A DNA stretch of 64,000 nt from Candidatus Thiosymbion sp. (GTDB lineage Bacteria > Pseudomonadota > Gammaproteobacteria > Chromatiales > Chromatiaceae). The notes under the pieces are model-generated. The model searched no databases and was not told the origin of the DNA. It saw nothing but the letters and a program-made list of their open reading frames with translations. Location: NCBI GenBank assembly GCA_018435665.1, contig JAHDND010000170.1:7629-71628 (forward strand), written 5' to 3'. Of this stretch, positions 46,138 through 55,700 are shown piece after piece. Position 1 is the stretch's first letter, and each line of letters starts with the position of its first letter. The position numbers and the translations under genes were made by a program.

Positions 46138-47874
46138 CTAGCCCTTGCCGCGTGACTTTTTCTTTGCGGACTTCACCTTGCCAGCCTTCTGGTCGCCGTT
46201 GTCTTTCGGAGGCGCCGCCGCGGGGTCGGAGCCCGCTGGGCCCTTGGCGCCCTTGCCGTTTCCCTGCTTGCCGTTCCCCTGCTTGCCGTTGTCCGAGTTA
46301 TCGGTGGCTTCCTTACCGTTGGCCTCCTGCCCCTTTCCGGGCCGTTTGCCGCAGGGCAGATAGCCCCCGGGGTCGGCAAAGCTGCCGTCCTGAAGGGCGT
46401 TGCGAATGGCGTCGCGCAGGGTGGTGAGGACCTTGATGCGGGCGAAGGGCTTGTCGTCGGCCTCCACCAGGGTCCAGGAGGCGGACTCGGTGCTGGTGTA
46501 GACCACCATGTCGTTGACGGCGATGCGATATTGGGGGGCCTTGTCGCGGTTGCGCCAGTCCTCGTCCGTAATCTTGTATTGCTTGTAGGGCACGGCCTCC
46601 CGGTCCTTGAAGCGGCGCAACTGCTCCTCGTCGCTGACCTGGAGCCAGAACTTGCACAGGATCACGCCGCTCTCAACCAGTTGCTCCTCGAACTGGTTGA
46701 TCTCGTCGTAGGCCCGACGCCATTCCGCCTCGGTGGCGAAGCCTTCGATGCGCTCCACCAGCACCCGGCCATACCAGGAGCGGTCAAAGATAGTGATAAA
46801 GCCGGAGCGGGGGATGTGCCGCCAGAAGCGCCATAGATAATGGTGGGCATTTTCCTCGTCGGTGGGGGCGGCGATGGGAATGGCACGGTAGAGGCGGGCA
46901 TCAATGGCGTTGGTGAAGCGGCGGATGGCGCCGCCCTTGCCACCGGCGTCGGCGCCCTCGAAGACGATGACCAGGGAGCGGCGACGGTTGTAGGCCTCCC
47001 AGCACAGGCCGTTGATTTCCTGCTGCAGCTTGGTTAGTTCACTGCGGTAGATGTCTTGGGCAAGCTTTTGCTCCAGGTCCAGGTGGTCAAGTACCGTGAT
47101 CTGGGCCTCGGGGGTTGCGGGGAGTTCCAGTTGGCCGGCGGTATGGGGCGGCTCGATGGGCGGTGGCTCGCTCAGGCGCTGCTTGATGGCCTGGAGCAGG
47201 GTCTTGCCCATCGTCAAGTCGCGGTAGCGGCGGTCCCCGGCCTCGATCAGGTACCAAGGCGAGATGCCGCGATCCGTATGGCGGATCATGCGCTCGGCGA
47301 CGTACTCGAAATGGGCGTAATGCTCCTTCTGCCTGCCTTTCTGGGGGGTCATCTTCCAGCGGCTACGGTCATCGCGCTTCAGTTCGCGCAGGCGCGCGTC
47401 CTGTTCGGCCTCGGCGAGATGAAACCAGAACTTGACGATCAGGGCGCCGTCCTGGATCAGCATCCGCTCGAAGTCGACGATGCGGTTGAGTTCACCATCC
47501 AGTTCGGCGTCGTTGCACAGGTTGTGGACCCGGTGCTCCAGGGGGGCCAGGTACCAGCCGCCAAAGAGGATCGCCATCTCACCCCGGGGGGGCAGGGAGC
47601 GCCAGAAGCGCCAGTAGCGCGGGCGCTGACGCTCTTCGTCGGTCTCGTCCCAATAGGCGAAGGACTGGAGGCCGCGGGCGTCGAGCCATTCATGGAGGCG
47701 GTTGACCACCTCGCCCTTGCCGGCCCCCTCGACCCCGGCGATGAGGATGACGACGGGGATGTCGGTCTGGCGCAGTTCGCGCTGAACTTGGAGCAATTCG
47801 GTGCGCAGCACCTCCTGTTCGGTATTGAAGGACTCCTTGTCGACCTTGCGGCCAAGCTTGATGGCTTCGAACAT
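46138..47874 (-). CDS. ppk2: Two-domain polyphosphate kinase 2 (polyphosphate:AMP phosphotransferase-like) with a Lys/Gly-rich C-terminal tail
   Basis: 578 aa. Two PPK2 P-loop modules, GVEGAGKGEVVNRL and GADAGGKGGAIRRF. The tail reads GKRPGKGQEANGK...KKKSRGKG. Confidence 0.9.
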   Translation of the reverse strand: MFEAIKLGRKVDKESFNTEQEVLRTELLQVQRELRQTDIPVVILIAGVEGAGKGEVVNRLHEWLDARGLQSFAYWDETDEERQRPRYWRFWRSLPPRGEMAILFGGWYLAPLEHRVHNLCNDAELDGELNRIVDFERMLIQDGALIVKFWFHLAEAEQDARLRELKRDDRSRWKMTPQKGRQKEHYAHFEYVAERMIRHTDRGISPWYLIEAGDRRYRDLTMGKTLLQAIKQRLSEPPPIEPPHTAGQLELPATPEAQITVLDHLDLEQKLAQDIYRSELTKLQQEINGLCWEAYNRRRSLVIVFEGADAGGKGGAIRRFTNAIDARLYRAIPIAAPTDEENAHHYLWRFWRHIPRSGFITIFDRSWYGRVLVERIEGFATEAEWRRAYDEINQFEEQLVESGVILCKFWLQVSDEEQLRRFKDREAVPYKQYKITDEDWRNRDKAPQYRIAVNDMVVYTSTESASWTLVEADDKPFARIKVLTTLRDAIRNALQDGSFADPGGYLPCGKRPGKGQEANGKEATDNSDNGKQGNGKQGNGKGAKGPAGSDPAAAPPKDNGDQKAGKVKSAKKKSRGKG

Positions 47875-48066
47875 GCCGTTTCCCCCCTACTGGTAGATGA
47901 AGATTCTCCCCCTGAGGTAGCCGAATACGGCTGCGGGCGATCAGGATGGGCGTCAGCGGAAGGTTGTCATCAGCATTGTTCCGCGGAGGGTGATTTTGCT
48001 GCCGATTATCCGCGTTTGTCGATAGGGGATGACGGGATGGCGGTTGCGGTGCGTCGACAATACCCT

Positions 48067-48486
48067 TCAGGCGGGGTCGGTGCGGCTGGCGATCGGGCGG
48101 GGCCGACCATCGGCGGCCACCGCCACATAGGTGATGTTGGCATTGGCGACGTGATGGTGGCTGTCGGGGTCCATCTCCCGCCGGGCCCAGGCGGCGATCT
48201 CCACCCTGACCGAGGTGGTGCCCTGGCGCTGGACCCGGGCGTAGATCTCCACGATGTCGCCCACCGCCACCGGGGAGACGAAGCGGAATTCGTTGACGGC
48301 GACGGTGACGACCCGCCCCGCCGCGGCCTGGACCGCGACCGTCGCCCCGGCGATGTCCGCCTGGGACATAAGCCAGCCACCAAAGATGTCGCCCGCGGCG
48401 TTGGTGTCGGCAGGCATGGCCATCACGCGGATGGCCAGACGCCATTTAGCGGGATCGGTTTCGTCGAAGAGGTGGGGATCGATCAT
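48067..48486 (-). CDS. Hotdog-fold acyl-CoA thioesterase (YciA-like)
   Basis: 139 aa. Contains MPADTNAAGDIFGGWLMSQAD ... VNEFRFVSPVAVGD. Confidence 0.85.
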   Translation of the reverse strand: MIDPHLFDETDPAKWRLAIRVMAMPADTNAAGDIFGGWLMSQADIAGATVAVQAAAGRVVTVAVNEFRFVSPVAVGDIVEIYARVQRQGTTSVRVEIAAWARREMDPDSHHHVANANITYVAVAADGRPRPIASRTDPA

Positions 48487-48605
48487 GGCTGGGGTCCTGC
48501 CTAGGGCGGATGATGGGCAAATGGTAAACTTTTTCCGGGCAACTCGGGGTCTTTGGCTGAGGGCTGCCCGATGTCCTGTCTTCTCCCTGCCGGGGACTAT
48601 CGCCC

Positions 48606-50171
48606 ATGTCGAGTACTGATGCCGTGGTCACTGGGGGTGCCTCCTGGGGAACCGCCCTGCGATCCCTGTTGGACCGCCGGGTCCTGGCCATGTTTTTCCT
48701 TGGCTTTTCGGCCGGGATTCCCCTGCTGCTGATCTTTTCCTCCCTGTCGCTGTGGCTCCGCGAGGCCGGCGTGGACCGGGGGGCGGTGACCTTCTTCAGT
48801 TGGGCGGCCCTCGGCTATTCCTTCAAGTTCGTCTGGGCGCCGCTGGTCGACCATGTCCCCTGGCCCTTTCTGACCCGCTGGCTGGGGCGGCGCCGGGCCT
48901 GGTTGCTGGTGGCGCAACTCGCCATCGTGACGGCCATTCTGCTGATGGCGGCCATCGACCCGGCCCAGGGGGGCGCCAGCCTGACCTCCATGGCCCTGGC
49001 GGCGGTGCTGCTGGGGTTTTCGGCGGCGACCCAGGACATCGTCATCGACGCCTATCGCATCGAGGCGGCGGAGAGTCGCCTTCAGGCCCTGATGTCGGCC
49101 ACCTATATCGCGGGTTACCGGGTGGGGATGGTGGTCGCCGGTGCCGGGGCACTGTTCCTGGCCGCCGCCCTGGGCACGACGGCGGAGCACTACGTCTACG
49201 ACGCCTGGCGCTGGACTTACGTCGCCATGGCCGGGACCATGGGGGTGGGCATCCTCACCACCCTGCTGATCCCGGAGCCGGCGGGGACGCGGGCGACGGG
49301 CCGACGCCACGGGGCCTGGGACTATGTCCGGCTGCTCCTCGTCTTCGCGGGCGGGGCCAGCGCCTTCGTCGGGGCCTTCTTCCTCAGCGGCGACACCTTT
49401 GCCGCCTGGCGGTCGGTAGCGGGGGAGGGGCCCCTGATCGGCTTTGTCGTCGAGGCCCTGCACTTTCTGCTGGCGATCCTGGCCGCGGGCCTCACCGGCT
49501 GGCTGTTGGTGCGACTCCGGCTGGTGGACCCGGACATGGCCAGCGAGTTGTGGGTGGCCCCGGTGCTGGATTTCTTCGACCGTTACGGTGTCCGTACCGC
49601 CCTGCTCCTCCTGGCCCTGATCGGCCTCTACCGTATCTCCGACGTGGTGCTGGGGGTCATCGCCAATGTCTTCTATCAGGACCTGGGTTTCACCAAGACC
49701 CAGATCGCCACCGCGGTAAAGACCTTCGGCGTGATCGTCAGCATCGCCGGGGGTCTGCTGGGGGGGCTCATGGCGGCCCGCTTTGGGGTCATGCGCATCC
49801 TCATGCTGGGCGCCATCCTGTCGGCGGCGACCAATCTGGTCTTCGTCTGGCTGGCCTGGGCGGGCAGCGACGCCGCCATCCTCTACCTGGCGGTGGGCGC
49901 GGACAACCTGGCGGCGGGGCTGGCCAGCGCCGCCTTCGTCGCCTTTCTGTCGAGCCTCACCAGCGTGAGCTTCACCGCGGTCCAGTACGCCATCTTCAGT
50001 TCCCTCATGACCCTGCTGCCCAAGGTCCTGGGGGGCTACTCGGGCACCATGGTTGAGGCTATCGGCTATCCCCGCTTTTTCATCCTGACGACCCTGATCG
50101 GCCTACCCGTGCTCCTGCTCGTTTGGCTCGCCGGGCGGCTTTTGCCACCCGGACAAGGGACCATGACCTGA
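48606..50171 (+). CDS. ampG: AmpG-family MFS permease (muropeptide transporter-like)
   Basis: 521 aa, multi-TM. Contains FFLGFSAGIPLLLIFSSLSLWLREAG and KFVWAPLVD. Confidence 0.8.
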   Translation: MSSTDAVVTGGASWGTALRSLLDRRVLAMFFLGFSAGIPLLLIFSSLSLWLREAGVDRGAVTFFSWAALGYSFKFVWAPLVDHVPWPFLTRWLGRRRAWLLVAQLAIVTAILLMAAIDPAQGGASLTSMALAAVLLGFSAATQDIVIDAYRIEAAESRLQALMSATYIAGYRVGMVVAGAGALFLAAALGTTAEHYVYDAWRWTYVAMAGTMGVGILTTLLIPEPAGTRATGRRHGAWDYVRLLLVFAGGASAFVGAFFLSGDTFAAWRSVAGEGPLIGFVVEALHFLLAILAAGLTGWLLVRLRLVDPDMASELWVAPVLDFFDRYGVRTALLLLALIGLYRISDVVLGVIANVFYQDLGFTKTQIATAVKTFGVIVSIAGGLLGGLMAARFGVMRILMLGAILSAATNLVFVWLAWAGSDAAILYLAVGADNLAAGLASAAFVAFLSSLTSVSFTAVQYAIFSSLMTLLPKVLGGYSGTMVEAIGYPRFFILTTLIGLPVLLLVWLAGRLLPPGQGTMT

Positions 50172-50190
50172 GGTCCTAGCCTGGGAAACC

Positions 50191-50218
50191 TTGAGACGAT
50201 GGGCGATAGCTATAAAAT
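50191..50218 (+). promoter_or_regulatory. Candidate sigma70 promoter upstream of sdhC
   Basis: TTGAGA (50191-50196), a 16-nt spacer, then TAAAAT (50213-50218). Confidence 0.35.
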
Positions 50219-50393
50219 GGGTCGATCGGCCCATCCGCGAAGCAAATCGGGATTGCTGCGCCGCATCAGATGTGCGATTGTTACAAAGTTTGACGAATCG
50301 GGAGGTTGCGGCGGGGCGACGTGGTGCCAGCCCTCAGCCGTCCCCCCATGGGGTAGCCTGTACCCCGGGGTTTGCGTTGAAAACCGGAAAGTG

Positions 50394-50777
50394 ATGATGA
50401 TTACCACCCAAAAACGACCTTTCTTTTTGAACTTGCTGGTCATCCGGCTCCCGGTGGCGGGGGTCATGTCCATCGGTCACCGTATCAGTGGCGTTGCCAT
50501 GGTCGCCACCCTGCCATACTTCGTCTATCTGCTGGCCCTATCGGTCGCCGGGCCGGCGGGCTTCGAGGCGGCGGCGCAACTTGTATCCGGCTGGCTCTTC
50601 AAGGCCTTCCTCTTCCTGTTCCTCTGGGCGCTGATGCATCACTTCCTGGCGGGCATCCGCTATCTGATGCTGGACATCGACATCGGCATCGAGAAACCGG
50701 TCTATCGGCAGACCGCCTGGGCCGTTCTCGTCGCCGCACCCGTTCTCGCCCTCATCCTCCTGGGAGCATTGTCATGA
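50394..50777 (+). CDS. sdhC: Succinate dehydrogenase cytochrome b556 subunit
   Basis: 127 aa from the internal ATG. Contains RPFFLNL and SIGHRISG, with three TM helices. Overlaps the sdhD start. Confidence 0.85.
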   Translation: MMITTQKRPFFLNLLVIRLPVAGVMSIGHRISGVAMVATLPYFVYLLALSVAGPAGFEAAAQLVSGWLFKAFLFLFLWALMHHFLAGIRYLMLDIDIGIEKPVYRQTAWAVLVAAPVLALILLGALS

Positions 50778-51100
50778 GTCGCCAAGCCTCGGGATTTCGC
50801 GCCTGGGTCTACCAGCGCATCACCGCCGTCCTCCTGCTGCTGTTCTTCGTCTATCTCCTGTCGACCCTGTCCTTCGCCCCACCCGCTGACTTCGTGGCCT
50901 GGGTGGAATGGTTGAGTCAGCCGCTGGTCCGGATCGGCCTGCTGATCTTCGTCGGCGCCCTGCTGCTCCACTCCTGGGTGGGGGTGCGCGACGCCATTAT
51001 CGACTATGTCCATCCCCTGGGCCTGCGTATCACGGCTCTGACCCTACTGGCCCTCTGGCTCATCGGCACCGGTCTCTGGGTCCTCACAATCCTTGGCTGA
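50774..51100 (+). CDS. sdhD: Succinate dehydrogenase hydrophobic anchor subunit
   Basis: 108 aa with three TM helices. Contains WVYQRITAV and HSWVGVRD. Confidence 0.8.
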   Translation: MSRQASGFRAWVYQRITAVLLLLFFVYLLSTLSFAPPADFVAWVEWLSQPLVRIGLLIFVGALLLHSWVGVRDAIIDYVHPLGLRITALTLLALWLIGTGLWVLTILG

Positions 51101-51336
51101 GGCGCCTGGCCTCAACAGGAACCTGTCGGCCCGGCCTTGTGATCGGGAGGGGTTGAGGCATCCGCCTTTGATTAAGCGTCAGGCCATCAGGCCAGGATGC
51201 TAAACCCGACCCTTAACACGACCAGGAACCCGACTAGTTACCCTTAACCCGATACGGAATGGCCTCGATGCGCCCCGGTTGCCGACCCCGGGATCATCGG
51301 CATCGGGCCGCGGCGAGAACTGTTTTCGAGAACATC

Positions 51337-53097
51337 ATGTCACTGAATAGAAGAAACTTCGACGCCCTCATCATCGGCGCCGGCGGCGCCGGGCTGAACG
51401 CGGCGATCCAGTTGGCCAACGCCGATCTGCGCGTGGCCGTGGTCTCCAAGGTCTTCCCGACCCGCTCCCATACCGTTGCCGCCCAGGGGGGCGTCAACGC
51501 GGCCCTGGCCAACGTCCTGCCGGACAACTGGCACTGGCACATGTTCGATACCGTCAAGGGCTCGGACTACCTGGGCGACCAGGACGCCATCGAGTTCATG
51601 TGCCGCGAGGCCATCCCCACCGTCTATGAGCTGGAGCACAACGGCGTGCCCTTCTCCCGCCTGGACAACGGCAAGATCTACCAGCGGCCCTTCGGCGGCC
51701 AGAGCCAGAACTTCGGCGGCGACCAGGCCGCCCGCACCTGCGCCGCGGCGGACCGCACTGGTCACGCCATCCTCCACACCCTCTATCAGCAGAACCTGCG
51801 CGCCAAGACCCACTTCTTCGACGAGTTCTTCGCCCTGGATCTGGTCAGGGACGCCGAGGGCGTGGTCTGTGGCGCCCTGGTCCTGGAGATCGAGACCGGC
51901 GAGCCCCTGCTCATCGAGGCCAAGTGCACCCTGCTGGCCACCGGCGGCTGCGGCCAGGTGTTCCGCACCACCTCCAACGCCCACATCAACACCGGCGACG
52001 GCATGGCCATGGCCCTGCGTGCCGGCGTGCCCCTGATGGACATGGAGTTCTATCAGTTCCACCCCACCGGCATCGCCGGCAAGGGCATGCTCATCACCGA
52101 GGGCGTGCGCGGCGAGGGCGGTTATCTGCTCAACGGCCGCGGCGAGCGCTTCATGGAGCGCTACGCCCCCAAGGCCAAGGACCTGGCCAGTCGCGACGTC
52201 GTCGCCCGCTCCATCGTCACCGAGGTCAAGGAGGGGCGGGGCGCCGGACCCAAGGGTGATCATGTCCTGCTCAAGCTGGACCACCTGGGCGAGAGCGTCA
52301 TCGCCAAGCGCCTGCCCGGCATCCGCGAGAGCGCCCGGATCTTCGCCGGCGTCGACCCGGTGGTGGAGCCCATCCCGGTCTTCCCCACCGCCCACTATGT
52401 CATGGGCGGCATCCCCACCGACCGCTTCGGCCGCGTGGTCATGCCCGTGGGCAGTGGCGAGGAGGCCATGCCCGGGCTCTACGCCGCCGGCGAGTGCGCC
52501 TGCGCCTCGGTCCATGGCGCCAATCGCCTCGGGGGCAATTCCCTGCTCGACATCCTGGTGTTTGGCCGCCTGGCGGGCAAGAACATCATCGATTACGTCA
52601 AGGATAACCCCTTCCATCGCGACATCGACCCCTCCAGCCTGGATTACGCCGTGGGGCGCCTCAAGCGTTGGGACCAGCATGGCAAGGGCCCCAGCGTCCA
52701 CGAGACCCGCGAAAAGCTGACCCGCTGCATGGAGGACCACGCTGGCGTCTTCCGCACCGAGGAGATCATGGCCGAGGGTCTGGAGAAGATGAAGGAGATC
52801 CGCGCCGAGATGCCCGATGTGCGCCTCACCGACCACTCCAGGGTCTTCAACACCGCGCGCATCGAGGCCCTGGAGCTCGAGAACCTGCTCGACGTCGGCA
52901 TGGCCCTGGCCGCCTCCGCCCTTTACCGCCAGGAGAGCCGTGGCGCCCATTCCCGCCCCGACTACCCCAAGCGCGACGACGTCAACTGGCTGAAGCATAC
53001 CCTCTACTTCTTGGAGGGTGACCGCCTCGACTACAAGCCGGTGCGTACCAAGCCGCTGACGGTCGAGAGCTTCCCGCCCAAAGAGCGCGTCTACTGA
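51337..53097 (+). CDS. sdhA: Succinate dehydrogenase flavoprotein subunit
   Basis: Internal ATG at 51337. Contains FDALIIGAGGAGL, RSHTVAAQGG, HPTG and RGAHSR. Confidence 0.97.
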   Translation: MSLNRRNFDALIIGAGGAGLNAAIQLANADLRVAVVSKVFPTRSHTVAAQGGVNAALANVLPDNWHWHMFDTVKGSDYLGDQDAIEFMCREAIPTVYELEHNGVPFSRLDNGKIYQRPFGGQSQNFGGDQAARTCAAADRTGHAILHTLYQQNLRAKTHFFDEFFALDLVRDAEGVVCGALVLEIETGEPLLIEAKCTLLATGGCGQVFRTTSNAHINTGDGMAMALRAGVPLMDMEFYQFHPTGIAGKGMLITEGVRGEGGYLLNGRGERFMERYAPKAKDLASRDVVARSIVTEVKEGRGAGPKGDHVLLKLDHLGESVIAKRLPGIRESARIFAGVDPVVEPIPVFPTAHYVMGGIPTDRFGRVVMPVGSGEEAMPGLYAAGECACASVHGANRLGGNSLLDILVFGRLAGKNIIDYVKDNPFHRDIDPSSLDYAVGRLKRWDQHGKGPSVHETREKLTRCMEDHAGVFRTEEIMAEGLEKMKEIRAEMPDVRLTDHSRVFNTARIEALELENLLDVGMALAASALYRQESRGAHSRPDYPKRDDVNWLKHTLYFLEGDRLDYKPVRTKPLTVESFPPKERVY

Positions 53098-53110
53098 GCC
53101 AGGCCGAGGG

Positions 53111-53812
53111 ATGACAACCATGAAATTCCGTGTATATCGCTACGATCCCGAGTCGGGGCAGAAGCCCCACATGCAGGATTACGACATCGAGACCTTCCGC
53201 GGCATGATGCTGCGTGATGCCCTCAAGGCCATCAAGGCCCAGGACGAGACCTTCGCCTTCCGCCACTCCTGCGGCGAGGGCGTGTGCGGTTCCGATGGCG
53301 TCAACGTCAACGGCACCAACAAACTGGCCTGCGTCACCCCCATCGCCGACCTCAAGGAACCGGTCGAGGTGCGCCCCTTCCCCGGCCGCCCGGTCATCCG
53401 CGACCTGGTGGTGGACATGACCCAGTTCTATGAGCAGTACAAGGCTATCGAGCCCTGGCTCAAGCGCAAGGAGCCCACCCCGGAGCAGGAGATCCTTCAG
53501 TCCCCGGCGGACAGGGACAAGTTGGACGGCCTCTACGAGTGCATCATGTGCGGCTGCTGCTCCACCTTCTGCCCCTCCTTCTGGTGGAACCCGGAGAAGT
53601 TCCTCGGGCCCCAGGCCCTGCTCTCCGCCTGGCGCTTCCTCGCCGACAGCCGCGACCAGGCCAAGGACGAGCGCCTGGACTTCCTGGAAGGGCCCTACAA
53701 GCTGTTCCGTTGCCACAGCATCATGAACTGCGTCGAGGTCTGCCCCAAGGGCCTCAATCCCACCAAGGCCATTGGCCACATCAAGGAATTGATGCTAAAG
53801 AAAGCAGTCTGA
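53111..53812 (+). CDS. sdhB: Succinate dehydrogenase iron-sulfur subunit
   Basis: 233 aa. Contains CGEGVCGSDGVNVNG, CIMCGCCSTFCP and CHSIMNCVEVCPKG. Confidence 0.97.
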   Translation: MTTMKFRVYRYDPESGQKPHMQDYDIETFRGMMLRDALKAIKAQDETFAFRHSCGEGVCGSDGVNVNGTNKLACVTPIADLKEPVEVRPFPGRPVIRDLVVDMTQFYEQYKAIEPWLKRKEPTPEQEILQSPADRDKLDGLYECIMCGCCSTFCPSFWWNPEKFLGPQALLSAWRFLADSRDQAKDERLDFLEGPYKLFRCHSIMNCVEVCPKGLNPTKAIGHIKELMLKKAV

Positions 53813-54125
53813 GCGCCTTCCGTTCCTGCCCGACGGCGGCCCCCATGCCGTGATTGGCATGGGGGCTCCACCCACCAAGGCCATCGGCAGGCGCCTGGTG
53901 CTTTCTGCTGAAATGCCCTACCTGACCTGCCTGCCCTGCCGTGATGCCCCTCGTCGCCCCTCCTGGCGCGCTTGAGCTTTAAGCCCTGGCTATCCCGTCA
54001 CGCCTCCCCGCAGGGCACGCCTGCCCCTTTTTGTAACCCCCTTTCCGACGCCTGCTTTCGATTGCCGGCCCGCCCCCGGGCTTTTGCTAGAATGCTCGCC
54101 TTTCCCGTCCTGTCCGTTGATTGCC

Positions 54126-55541
54126 ATGACCGTCCGTACCCGTTTCGCCCCGTCACCCACCGGCTATCTGCATGTCGGTGGCGCCCGTACCGCCCTCTTC
54201 TCCTATCTCTTTGCCCGGCGCCACGGGGGGCGCTTCATCCTGCGGATCGAGGATACGGACCTGGAGCGGTCGACGGCGGAGTCTGTCAACGCCATCCTGG
54301 AGGGCATGGCCTGGCTGGGGCTGGACTACGACGAGGGGCCCTTCTACCAGACCCAGCGCTTCGACCGTTACAACGCCGTCATCGACGAGTTGCTCGCCAA
54401 GGGCCTGGCCTACCGCTGCGATTGCCCCAAGGAGCGCCTGGATACCCTGCGCGAGGAGCAGATGGCGGCCAAGCTCAAGCCGCGCTACGACGGTCGCTGT
54501 CGCAGCCACGAGGTCGACCCCGGCCAGCCCCACGTCATCCGCTTCCGCAACCCGGAGAGCGGGGTCGTGGTGGTGGACGACCTGATCCGCGGGCGCATGA
54601 GCTTCGACAACGCGGAACTGGACGACCTCATCATCCGCCGCACGGATGGCGCCCCGACCTACAACCTGTCGGTGGTGGTGGACGACGCCGACATGGGCAT
54701 CACCCATGTCATCCGCGGCGACGATCACATCAACAATACCCCCCGCCAGATCAACATCCTGCGCGCCCTGGGCAAGGAGGTCCCCCGTTACGCCCATGTG
54801 CCCATGATCCTGGGCGAGGACGGGGCGCGTCTGTCCAAGCGCCATGGGGCGGTCAGCGTGGTCGCCTACCGCGATCAGGGCTATCTGCCCGAGGCATTGC
54901 TCAATTACCTGGTGCGCCTGGGCTGGTCCCATGGCGATCAGGAGATCTTCTCCCTCGACGAGATGGTCGCCCTCTTCGACATCGGCCAGGTCAATAAGGC
55001 CGCGGCGGCCTTCGATACCGACAAGCTGGACTGGCTCAACCAGCACTACATCCAGCACGCCGACCCCAAGCGCATCGCCCACCTGTTGCGACCCCACCTG
55101 GGCGACCTGGGCATCGACCCCGCCGAGGGCGCCGACCTCCTGGCGGTGGTCAAGGCCCAGGCGGCCCGGGCCAAGACCCTGGTGGAGCTGGCGCGGATCA
55201 GCGCCTTCGTCTACCGCGATTTTGAGGACTACGACGAGGCCGCGGCCAAGAAGCACCTGCGCCCGGCGGCGGAGGAGCCCCTGGCCAGCCTGCGGACGGA
55301 ACTGGACATGCTGGCCCTGGAGGACTGGGAGCCGGGGACCCTGGAGCACGTGGTTCACCGGGTGGCGGAGGAGTTGGACCTGAACCTGGGCAAGGTCGCC
55401 CAGCCCCTGCGCGTCGCCGTGGTCGGCCGCGCCGCCTCGCCGGGGATCGATATCACCCTGACCCTGGTCGGCAAGGAGGCGACCCTGCGCCGTATCGACC
55501 GGGCCCTGGACCATATCCGCCGGCTACGGGCGGAGGGTTGA
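54126..55541 (+). CDS. gltX: Glutamyl-tRNA synthetase
   Basis: Internal ATG at 54126. Contains [19 protein letters not shown] (HIGH), IRGDDH and LSKRHG (KMSKS-like). Confidence 0.96.
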   Translation: MTVRTRFAPSPTGYLHVGGARTALFSYLFARRHGGRFILRIEDTDLERSTAESVNAILEGMAWLGLDYDEGPFYQTQRFDRYNAVIDELLAKGLAYRCDCPKERLDTLREEQMAAKLKPRYDGRCRSHEVDPGQPHVIRFRNPESGVVVVDDLIRGRMSFDNAELDDLIIRRTDGAPTYNLSVVVDDADMGITHVIRGDDHINNTPRQINILRALGKEVPRYAHVPMILGEDGARLSKRHGAVSVVAYRDQGYLPEALLNYLVRLGWSHGDQEIFSLDEMVALFDIGQVNKAAAAFDTDKLDWLNQHYIQHADPKRIAHLLRPHLGDLGIDPAEGADLLAVVKAQAARAKTLVELARISAFVYRDFEDYDEAAAKKHLRPAAEEPLASLRTELDMLALEDWEPGTLEHVVHRVAEELDLNLGKVAQPLRVAVVGRAASPGIDITLTLVGKEATLRRIDRALDHIRRLRAEG

Positions 55542-55578
55542 GGGAGCCACGACACACAGTTTTCGGCCTCGCTAGGGA

Positions 55579-55678
55579 GGGTCGGGTGGCGTCTGGCGGG
55601 GGTGTCAACCGCAGGGATGCGGTTGCCAAGCCTACAGGGATGTATTCACGGCGTCCCCCGCCAGACGCTACCCGACCC
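55579..55678. repeat. Palindromic MITE/REP-like element, copy C (100 bp), inverted relative to copy B
   Basis: GGGTCGGGTGGCGTCTGGCGGGGG ... CCCCCGCCAGACGCTACCCGACCC. It lies in the gltX -> <- trkH convergent gap. Confidence 0.75.
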
Positions 55679-55700
55679 GGAAAATTTCTGGCCCCGGGTT

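Noticed and set aside
53972-54997. A 341-aa ORF overlapping gltX in another frame.
   Set aside because: It is an Arg/Pro-rich translation. gltX in frame 3 has all class I synthetase motifs.
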